In this document: positions 56,338 through 64,000 of the stretch, piece after piece
How the letters are laid out: each line of letters starts with the position of its first letter
How positions within the stretch are numbered: position 1 is the stretch's first letter
Source: Nitrospirota bacterium
GTDB lineage: Bacteria; Nitrospirota; Thermodesulfovibrionia; Thermodesulfovibrionales; Dissulfurispiraceae
Direction of reading: 5' to 3'
Assembly (NCBI GenBank): GCA_963710375.1
Contig: CAVPZX010000004.1
Span: 128,001 to 192,000 of the forward strand
Length of the DNA: 64,000 nucleotides
Position numbers and translations under genes: made by a program
Notes under the pieces: model-generated
What the model was told of the DNA's origin: nothing
Database searches by the model: none
The model's input: only the letters and a program-made list of their open reading frames with translations

Positions 56338-57066
56338 ATGAGCAACAGCAACACGCGACAAAGCGATGACCGGTCTGGCAAGCTTGTAGAGGAGCCGCGC
56401 AACTTCTTCATGACCTTGCGCGATGTTGCCTTCTGGATTCGCAGCGCGCGCGCCGACGCGGCACTGGCACGGCTTCGAACCACAGTTACTGCCGGAGAGG
56501 CATTTGACCGTCTCTACCGCTTGACCGACGATCCATACGGTACGGCGTTGCCGCAATACCGTTATCAGCGTCGCAAATACCGCGCACTGCTTTCAATTCT
56601 GCCAAAGCGAATGTACGGGGATGTTCTCGACATAGGTTGCGGCCTCGGCGTATTCAGCCGCGTACTCGCTCCGCATGCGGAGCGGGTTCTTGGAATCGAT
56701 GTTTCTCTCCACGCGGTATCGCAGGCCCGGTCGCACTCAGCCGGATTCGCTAACCTGCACTTCGAGCAGGGCGATATTCAAAGCTTCGACAGCCCGCGTC
56801 GGTTCGACCTCGTTGTCTTAGCGGATGTCATGTACTACCTGCCAACCTCTACAGATGTCTCCGTTCAGACGATCGCGGCAAAACTCACCGCGCTTCTCGA
56901 GCCTGGCGGTCTTCTGTTGCTCGTCAATCACTTCTTCTTCACGGTCGATCGGCCGTCGCGCATGACTCGCCGCATTCATAACGCGTTTCGTGATTCACGT
57001 GATCTTGCCGTCGTGTCGGAGCACCGCCGAGCCTTCTATCTGGCAACGGTACTCGAACGGCGATAA
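56338..57066 (+). CDS. Class I SAM-dependent methyltransferase (NodS-like)
   Basis: DDPY..YQRRKY, VLDIGCGLG, GIDVS, FDLVVLADVMYY, LEPGG. Confidence 0.85.
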   Translation: MSNSNTRQSDDRSGKLVEEPRNFFMTLRDVAFWIRSARADAALARLRTTVTAGEAFDRLYRLTDDPYGTALPQYRYQRRKYRALLSILPKRMYGDVLDIGCGLGVFSRVLAPHAERVLGIDVSLHAVSQARSHSAGFANLHFEQGDIQSFDSPRRFDLVVLADVMYYLPTSTDVSVQTIAAKLTALLEPGGLLLLVNHFFFTVDRPSRMTRRIHNAFRDSRDLAVVSEHRRAFYLATVLERR

Positions 57067-57302
57067 GGTCGGCTGCGCCCGACTCGCACATGCAGCGGTC
57101 AGGTGGCCGTTAGGTGCAGGCTTGAAATGAATCCTGATCATTTCAACTCGTAGTACCCCTCATCATATTCAGGATACCCTACAGTGAGCGTTCCTGTGAA
57201 ACTTTTTTGTTCTTGCACATTCTCTATCAAATAGAATGTCTCAGTAATGGCGCATTCCGGCCCACAGGTATTATATAATGAATCTTGGGAGAGTGATGTG
57301 CA

Positions 57303-58541
57303 ATGGTTAAGATTTACAGCATTGAGGATGACAGTGAGCGGTATATTTCCATAACACTCGAATCCCTCGTGCCAGGTTCACAGATACCTTTCGAGATATT
57401 CACCCACGACGGCACTTTCTACAAATCCCTCCTCGATAAAAACTCTATTTACAGCTACTTCGCACAAAAAATGATAGAGGCCCAGGCAGTATGCAGTTTC
57501 TACATACGGCATGGAAACGCCCTTAGTTTTGAAGATTACATGCGTAATGCGGACAAACTTAAAAAGATGCTGCGCGATCCCTGTTTTTTTGAATCCCGTT
57601 ACAGGGATTTCAGGGATAAGATGTTCATTGTGGATAAGCATGTGCTTAATGCCGGAATACCTTTCACCATACCCCTGGCCGGTTTGAAGTTCCCTCTCTT
57701 TGGGGAGATACCTTTCGTCGTCGACTGCACTGCTGCTTACAGACACCTGCTTGAACTGAACTCGGACATTGCCATTCGCAAGCAGGACGTCGATGCCTAT
57801 TACAACTACCTTGATGCCGTGCTGGATACGGAAGACCTTCAGGATCCCATCATAAAGCTCAGGGCACGGCGTGAGAAGGTCAAGGTTTGGTGCTATAGGG
57901 TGCTCACCGAAGCGCGTAACAACGCCCTTACGCAGGATACTCTGCTGAAGCTTTACAAACATATCAGTATCGTCATGACGCTGATAGCCAATGATTTCAG
58001 CTACGCCGGGAAATTCCTCTTTTTCGATGTTTCGGACAGATTCCTGTATATCCACTCCACGAATGTCTGTCTGATGTCCCTCATGCACGGACATGTGCTA
58101 AACATGGAAGAGACAGCGCTGCTTAACCTCGGGATAAGTGCGATGTTGCATGATTTGGGTCTCGTTTCTATCGACGACGATGTGTGCGAAGATTCCCCGA
58201 ACGAAATAGAAAGGGAACTGTTTAAATCTCATGTGCTCCGGGGCAAGGAATTGCTCGACCAGTGCAAAGATGTGCCTAAAGCAGCGAAAACTGTTGCGCT
58301 GACACACCATGAGCGGGATGACGGGAGCGGGTATCCGGACATGCTCACCGGCAGCATGATACACCCCTTTGCAAAAATCGTAGCTCTGGCAGATACCTTT
58401 GAAAGGCTCAGGGTGGCAGGGTTTAAACATACTTCCCTGAAGCGCACAAAAGTGCTGGAGCATATGGTGCTTCATGGTCATGCCTTTAATCCCGATTACT
58501 TTAAGACCTTTCTGCAGTTTGTTGCAGAACTTGCCCTGTAG
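57303..58541 (+). CDS. HD-GYP domain phosphodiesterase
   Basis: HSTNV, LHDLG, H..HHERDDGSGYP, IVALADTF. Confidence 0.88.
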   Translation: MVKIYSIEDDSERYISITLESLVPGSQIPFEIFTHDGTFYKSLLDKNSIYSYFAQKMIEAQAVCSFYIRHGNALSFEDYMRNADKLKKMLRDPCFFESRYRDFRDKMFIVDKHVLNAGIPFTIPLAGLKFPLFGEIPFVVDCTAAYRHLLELNSDIAIRKQDVDAYYNYLDAVLDTEDLQDPIIKLRARREKVKVWCYRVLTEARNNALTQDTLLKLYKHISIVMTLIANDFSYAGKFLFFDVSDRFLYIHSTNVCLMSLMHGHVLNMEETALLNLGISAMLHDLGLVSIDDDVCEDSPNEIERELFKSHVLRGKELLDQCKDVPKAAKTVALTHHERDDGSGYPDMLTGSMIHPFAKIVALADTFERLRVAGFKHTSLKRTKVLEHMVLHGHAFNPDYFKTFLQFVAELAL

Positions 58542-58739
58542 GGTAGTAGAAATTACATTATTTACTTATCCAGAGCCATTTTATCTCTTTGCTTCAATCC
58601 ATGATCTGTTTAAATTCAAAGACTTTCATCCAGATGCCTTTGTGGCATATAAAATGCTTGATTTTAACAGGAGGAATAGAAATAGCAAAACTGCTGAGCT
58701 ATTCACCGCCACATTTTATAGACACGGAAGGAGAAAAAA

Positions 58740-59075
58740 ATGAAGCTGATAGAAGCCGTCATAAAACCGGGAACTATGGATGAGGTAAAAACTGCAGTTC
58801 GGCAGCTGGGTGTTGAGGAGATTGGCGTTGAGGAGATAATTGTCAATCAACCCGCGGGTCAAGCCGGTAAAAAAAGGGAACCCATGTGCTGCCGTGGTGC
58901 TGAACATGGGGCAGACTTTATGGCGAAAATTAAAATTCAGATTATCGTTGCTGACAACCTAGTAGGCAAAGTTGCCGAAACCATTGTCAGGATTGCCGCT
59001 ACCGAGCGGAAAAGGGATTGCAGTATATCTATCCTACATATAAATGAAACGCAGACATATTATGCAAAGGCATGA
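58740..59075 (+). CDS. Divergent P-II family regulator
   Basis: MKLIEAVIKP..DEVK.A, RGAE, KIKIQIIV.D; degenerate B- and C-loops. Confidence 0.8.
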   Translation: MKLIEAVIKPGTMDEVKTAVRQLGVEEIGVEEIIVNQPAGQAGKKREPMCCRGAEHGADFMAKIKIQIIVADNLVGKVAETIVRIAATERKRDCSISILHINETQTYYAKA

Positions 59076-59107
59076 GTACTATCAGCTCTTCTAAATTATT
59101 TGTAACT

Positions 59108-61774
59108 TTATTGTGAAACCGGTCCCTGAATGACCCGTGCGAAGCCATTGGGGCGTATCCAGCGTGCAAAGGCTGCGCGTACCTCTTTTGCAGTGATCTT
59201 TAGGTACTGCCGGGCTGCAAGCAGAGGTTCATCCAGAGGCAGCCCCTCCATCGAGCGGGCAATGAGCCCTGAGGCAATGTTTCCTACGCTTGATTCGGAA
59301 AGCGGGATTTGCCGGATGAGAAGTGTTTTCGCTCTCTGTAATTCCTCAAGCGTAACAGGTTTTGTCTGCATTAGCCGAAGATTGTGTTTCACTATAGCGC
59401 GCGCCTTTTCTACGTTCGGTGGGTCACAGGCATAAAAGACACCGAAGAGTGAGCGGGTCTTTCTGGCATCGATGAAGGATTCCACTGAGTACACCAGCCC
59501 TGCCTGCTCGCGCAGATCGTGGTATAGACGCGTGGCGTAAAAGGCGCCTGACAGAACATGGTTGCCCACCTCCAGCTTATAGTAGTCGGGATGTGAGCGG
59601 GTAATGCCCATGGTCTCGGCGAGTATCACCTCATCCTGCACACGGCTTGTATCCGGCACCACGGCTGAGGACGGTCTGTTGCGGGGTACGGGAGGATCTT
59701 CTGTGGCCGGCTTGGGTCCTTCGCTCTTCCATCCACCGAAATATTTTTCGATTACCGACTTAGCCTTTTCAGGGGTGATCTTGCCTATGACAACTATAGT
59801 GGTCAGGTCGGGTCTGTAGTTTTTATTGTAATAGTTCTTCACGTCTTCGAGCGTCAGGCTGCCGACTGTCTCAGGGGTTGCCTGCCGTAAAAAAGGATCT
59901 CCTGCCGGATAAAGTTCCTTTCGGAGAGTGTGTTTTCTAATGTAGTCAGGGCTCTGCAGTTTTCCAGCCAGAGCGCCCTTAGTCTCCTCCTGCACTACTT
60001 TAAAGGCTTTATCAGGAAGTGCGGGATGCAGAAGGTTGTCTGCTACCAACTGCACGCCTCTATCGAAATGATCACTGGTTACCTGCAGGGAAAAGCTTGA
60101 CCCCACCGAGGCGTCCGCTCCGATGTCGTCCAAAGCCTTTCTCAGTTCCAGCCGGTCCAGGGTAGAGGTACCGTACGTAAAGAGGCTGTCCAGAACGGTA
60201 GTGACGCCATCCTTTCCAGCCGGTTCCTGCACGCCGGGATTGTTTTTGATCTTGCCGTAGATGCTTACTGTCTCGCTTGTTTCAACCGGCTGGACAATGA
60301 GACGCAAGTTGTTTGGCAATCGTATGTCTTCAGGCTTAACATTGGAGACAGGGATCACGGGAGTCTCCTCTACCTTCTTCGCCCATTCCGGCAGGCGTAC
60401 AGGCTTTGTGTGTTTGGGAATGAACGATTCCTCGCCGCCGAACCCCTTGGAGGACACAGGCTTGCCAGAGGGTTGAGGCGTAAGCAAAGCCTCGATGGCC
60501 GTGTCATTTACAAGATAGGTCCGCGCCACACGGTTCACGTCCTCAACCGTCACCTTTTTTATTGCCTTAATATCGTCTTCCGGCGAGGTCCGTCCTTCAG
60601 CTGCCAGCGCCTGTGACCATTCCACAGCCAGCCCGGCTATTGAGTTCTTCTGGAATTCGGCCTCTGCCTCCTCCTTGTATTTTGCCGCCTCCACCAGTTC
60701 GGAGGGCACGCCATTTTTAACATATCCAGCTATAATTTCTTTTGCTTTCCTGATCAGTGCAGGCCCGTCGCTGCCGGGAGGAAAAACTATCACGGCATAG
60801 GCTGAAGCCGCTTTTGGCAAGGTGTTCAGGCTGAAATCTGTTTCGAGGGCCTTGCCTTGAGGGACTAGTGCATAAAGGTCCCCCCTCTGGCTGGCCAACA
60901 CGTCAGCCAGTATCTGACTCGCAGCAAAGTCGGGGCTATCGAAACCAGGCAGTCGATAGGCCACCATCGCAAGACCGTAAGGGAGATCGGTATCCATGGT
61001 GATGGTATCAGGTTTCATAGGCTGAAGGCTGATTTCGGGACGACGAGGCAAAGGCCGGGAGGGTATAGCCTCAAAAAACATCTTGACCTCGTCGAGGGCC
61101 TTTTCCGGCTCCACGTCACCGCTGATGACCAGGATAGCGTTATTCGGCACGTACCATGCTGTGTGAAAATCCCGCAGCATCGCGTCGGTAGTTTTGTCGA
61201 AGGAAGGACGTGTGCCGAGTGGATCATGGGAATACGGCGTGCCGGCGAACATCCGCTGCAGAAGCTTTGTGTAGAAGATATACGTGGGATTAGACAGGTC
61301 CTGCGCTACTTCCTGCTCAATGGCCCCGCGCTCCTGGTCCCAGAGTTTCTCGTCTGCGAGAAGGTTTTGCATGCGGATTGCCTCCATATGGAGGGCTATA
61401 GAAAGGTTGTCGGAAGGGACAGTGAAGGCATATTGCGTAATAGTCTGCTGGGTGTCGGCGCTGAAATCGCCTCCCATGGCCGCAGTAATGCTCGCGAGTT
61501 GACCAGCCGAAAGTCCGGAGCTGCCGCGAAACATCATATGCTCAGTGGCATGGGCCATGCCGGGAAAGCCCTCCGGTGTCTCATCGGCTCCCACAAGGTA
61601 GTTTATTTCAGTAGTAACCACAGGAGCGAGAGTGTTTCGCACAATTACCACCCTAAGGCCGTTCTTCAGTGTGGCGCGAAGCACACCGGAATCCTGGTTG
61701 GAATGAGCAGGCGCTGCAGCGAGAATAAGAAGTGAGAATAGTATCAGTGCTACACGCAGTGTAATGTTCCTCAT
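59108..61774 (-). CDS. Secreted M16 family zinc protease
   Basis: Signal peptide; TLKNGLRV, GMAHATEHMMFRG (HxxEH), ERGAIEQE, YVPNNA, LREQAGLVY. Confidence 0.93.
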   Translation of the reverse strand: MRNITLRVALILFSLLILAAAPAHSNQDSGVLRATLKNGLRVVIVRNTLAPVVTTEINYLVGADETPEGFPGMAHATEHMMFRGSSGLSAGQLASITAAMGGDFSADTQQTITQYAFTVPSDNLSIALHMEAIRMQNLLADEKLWDQERGAIEQEVAQDLSNPTYIFYTKLLQRMFAGTPYSHDPLGTRPSFDKTTDAMLRDFHTAWYVPNNAILVISGDVEPEKALDEVKMFFEAIPSRPLPRRPEISLQPMKPDTITMDTDLPYGLAMVAYRLPGFDSPDFAASQILADVLASQRGDLYALVPQGKALETDFSLNTLPKAASAYAVIVFPPGSDGPALIRKAKEIIAGYVKNGVPSELVEAAKYKEEAEAEFQKNSIAGLAVEWSQALAAEGRTSPEDDIKAIKKVTVEDVNRVARTYLVNDTAIEALLTPQPSGKPVSSKGFGGEESFIPKHTKPVRLPEWAKKVEETPVIPVSNVKPEDIRLPNNLRLIVQPVETSETVSIYGKIKNNPGVQEPAGKDGVTTVLDSLFTYGTSTLDRLELRKALDDIGADASVGSSFSLQVTSDHFDRGVQLVADNLLHPALPDKAFKVVQEETKGALAGKLQSPDYIRKHTLRKELYPAGDPFLRQATPETVGSLTLEDVKNYYNKNYRPDLTTIVVIGKITPEKAKSVIEKYFGGWKSEGPKPATEDPPVPRNRPSSAVVPDTSRVQDEVILAETMGITRSHPDYYKLEVGNHVLSGAFYATRLYHDLREQAGLVYSVESFIDARKTRSLFGVFYACDPPNVEKARAIVKHNLRLMQTKPVTLEELQRAKTLLIRQIPLSESSVGNIASGLIARSMEGLPLDEPLLAARQYLKITAKEVRAAFARWIRPNGFARVIQGPVSQ

Positions 61775-61831
61775 TAATTGATTATAAGTGCATCCGCCAT
61801 GCAATGCAATATGTCAGTAGTCTTAATATTC

Positions 61832-62497
61832 CTAATATCTGTATATTTGATTGCGTGGCGGTCGCCAAGCCTGCATCATATTGATCACAAAATCTACGCT
61901 TGCCTTATCTTGCTTCGACAGATCAATGTGTTTCCCGATTGACTCAGGTGGCCCCATCAAGAGTGGATGCCACACAAGCACCTCATATTGTCCCGCTGGG
62001 AGATTTGCGATTTCAGCTGAGCCATCTTCACCTGTCTTCGCAAAATAAGGGGTTTCAACCACATAAATATAGGCAATCATCAAATCATGAATGGAGCATC
62101 CAAGTACAACAGGACCAGGCTTGTCAAAGACGACAGGCGGAGCGGGTGTCCCCTTATAAAGAGGCAGTTCAAATTTTTTGGCAGGAGAGATAGAGTAGAC
62201 ATTATGACTGATATTGTCCTTATTTGGAAAATGAACAGGGGTCCCTGTCTGGACCGGCAGCACGTAAGGAACAAATTCTGTACCTATCTCGTCCATTATA
62301 ACATTCTGCAGCCTTTCGGAAGAAGCCGGCGTAAAGTTCAACGGGTTGGCATATACTACCGCATCTTTTACCGGCTTGCCGGAGGAGTCCTTAACGCTGC
62401 TGTTTAACGTTGCCGAAAAGGCATTTAATGGAAGCATGAAACACCCCAGGATAATACCTAACTGAATCGTTTTTTGCAGCGCGGGAACCTTTGTCAT
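61832..62497 (-). CDS. Secreted cupredoxin-like (methylamine utilization-like) protein
   Basis: FVPYV..V..G..V.FPNKD..HNVYS, GCSIHDLM type-1 copper ligands, VWH. Confidence 0.8.
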   Translation of the reverse strand: MTKVPALQKTIQLGIILGCFMLPLNAFSATLNSSVKDSSGKPVKDAVVYANPLNFTPASSERLQNVIMDEIGTEFVPYVLPVQTGTPVHFPNKDNISHNVYSISPAKKFELPLYKGTPAPPVVFDKPGPVVLGCSIHDLMIAYIYVVETPYFAKTGEDGSAEIANLPAGQYEVLVWHPLLMGPPESIGKHIDLSKQDKASVDFVINMMQAWRPPRNQIYRY

Positions 62498-62616
62498 CAC
62501 TCCCTCCATAGAATTAAGATTTCACCTTTCATATCATATCACTTTTTGTAACCATGTCAAATCATAAGTCTATAAAGTCTGGTATAATTTAGGAATATCG
62601 CTGACCTGGAGGTGTT

Positions 62617-62973
62617 ATGAACTTTGTCTTAAATCTGCTCATCAACGCCTTTGCCCTCTGGGCAACTGCCAAAGTCATTTCAGGCATTAACTATAGCGGG
62701 CCCTGGTACGGGCTGCTGCTCGTTGCGCTGGTTTTCGGCGTGTTAAATGCTTTTGTGCGGCCGGTCCTGAAATTTCTTTCGTTACCGTTTGTTATTTTGA
62801 CGCTGGGACTGTTTATTTTTGTGCTTAATGCTTTTATGCTATGGCTTACAAGCGCAGCATCAAGGGCCCTCGATCTTGGATTTGTCGTTGCCGGTTTCTG
62901 GCCTGCTTTATGGGGTGCTCTGGTTATCAGCCTTATCAATATGATAATGTCTTGTGTTTTAAGACCGGAGTAG
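62617..62973 (+). CDS. YvlD/DUF360 (4-TM holin superfamily) membrane protein
   Basis: LNAFVRPVL..LSLP..ILTLGLF.FVLNA.ML, GFWPALWGAL. Confidence 0.9.
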   Translation: MNFVLNLLINAFALWATAKVISGINYSGPWYGLLLVALVFGVLNAFVRPVLKFLSLPFVILTLGLFIFVLNAFMLWLTSAASRALDLGFVVAGFWPALWGALVISLINMIMSCVLRPE

Positions 62974-62978
62974 ATTCG

Positions 62979-64000
62979 TTGCTTAAGAGCGGACCAGATG
63001 ATTTGTTCTCCCTCAGTCTTCTTGAATTCAACAAACTGCTCGGTATAATCGCCGATTTTGCCCACAGCGATGCGTCACGTAAAGTTCTGCTCGCCATGTA
63101 TCCTCTGTCCGACAGGGGCAGTATTGAAAAGAGGCTCGGTCAAACCAGCGAGATTATGAGAATATATGACGGAGGCGGCACACTCTCGATACTCCAGTTT
63201 TCCGATATCGAACCGTTGCTTGCAAGGGTCGCCCCTGAAGGCGCGGTACTGGAAGCACTTGAACTCGCCGAATTCATGCCTGTCCTGGACAACATAAGCG
63301 CTATTGAATCGCAGATAAGGCAGCATGAGGGCCTATTACAACTGAATGAACTGGCGGATTCGCTGAACGGTTTTCCTGATATCCTTCGCGTTCTGGAGCG
63401 GTCGATTGACAGTGAGGGCAATATACTTGACAGCGCCTCACGGGAACTGGCCGAACTGAGGGGGCAGATACGCAGGCTTGAAAGCAGGATACGAAAAAAA
63501 CTTGAGGAACTGGTAAGGGACGTGGATGTAAGCGTCTTTCTGCAGGATGATTTTATTACCAACAGGTCAGGCAGGTGGGTAATTCCTGTAAGGATGGATT
63601 CCAAGGGACAGGTGCAGGGTGTCGTGCATGACGTCTCCAAATCAGGGGAGACTGCCTTTATCGAACCGTTGTCGATAATCAATCTTTCCAACGAGCTTGA
63701 AAACCTTGTTGCCGCGCAAAAATCCGAAGAGATACGCATTCTGAGGAGTATAAGCGCCAGGATCCGGGCGGCTGCCGGTTACATAGGTGTAGAGTATCGC
63801 ATTGTCGTTTACATTGATGCTGTGCATTGCATCGCAAGATTTGCCGATATGTTCCGCATGCAGATACCCCAGATCAACGAGTCGGGCGGTCTCTGCCTGG
63901 TGAATGCGCGTCATCCACTTCTGATGATGGCCCTTCAACGCGCCGGTGTCCGTCAAGAGGTTGTTCCTCTCAATGTCACTCTTGGGGGCGACTGCACTGT
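62979..64000 (+). CDS. mutS2: Endonuclease MutS2 (3' truncated by window)
   Basis: Absent from ORF track. Manual translation from TTG after GGAG: LLEFNKLL...ILDSAS.EL...FLQDDFITNRSGRWVIPV...GVVHDVSKSGETAFIEP...ARHPLL. Confidence 0.9.
   Translation, partial: MLKSGPDDLFSLSLLEFNKLLGIIADFAHSDASRKVLLAMYPLSDRGSIEKRLGQTSEIMRIYDGGGTLSILQFSDIEPLLARVAPEGAVLEALELAEFMPVLDNISAIESQIRQHEGLLQLNELADSLNGFPDILRVLERSIDSEGNILDSASRELAELRGQIRRLESRIRKKLEELVRDVDVSVFLQDDFITNRSGRWVIPVRMDSKGQVQGVVHDVSKSGETAFIEPLSIINLSNELENLVAAQKSEEIRILRSISARIRAAAGYIGVEYRIVVYIDAVHCIARFADMFRMQIPQINESGGLCLVNARHPLLMMALQRAGVRQEVVPLNVTLGGDCT

Noticed and set aside
62617..62973. Holin-family gene as prophage evidence
   Set aside because: YvlD/DUF360 proteins are common chromosomal membrane proteins; no phage genes nearby.
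63014..63020. AGTCT near the mutS2 start as a fourth frameshift
   Set aside because: The frame is open from TTG 62979 with an RBS; removing the base would not join the nearby ATG to the coding frame.

Overview
Bacterial chromosomal window with no rRNA, tRNA, CRISPR array or intact transposase visible. Gene content and order (yebC-DUF502-glmU-glmS-pcrA-gatC-panD, many multiheme cytochromes) suggest an anaerobic Nitrospirota/Thermodesulfovibrionia-like or deltaproteobacterium-like organism; this is inference only. Main blocks: (1) hemL, an 11-heme cytochrome and two tandem tetraheme cytochrome/4Fe-4S/NrfD triads (1-7.7 kb); (2) housekeeping genes (14-23 kb); (3) an FGE-domain protein plus an MtrA/MtrB-type porin-cytochrome (23-27 kb); (4) an accessory region (34-59 kb) with stress/redox genes, a MarR regulon, lutABC-larA, higBA, a CheW-CheZ fusion lacking the catalytic Gln, and a divergent PII; (5) an M16 protease and a partial mutS2. 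Most notable non-obvious signals: all three frameshifted genes can be repaired by removing one base from the centre of AG[A/T]CT, a possible sequencing footprint of AGCT methylation; tyrosine-recombinase/dif-like sites (7-bp spacer ending G|TT) lie at accessory gene boundaries, including an identical 11-bp direct repeat around one gene; there are three MITE-like families, one with compensating terminal inverted repeats (TIRs); and three inverted 7/8-mer microsatellite arrays.
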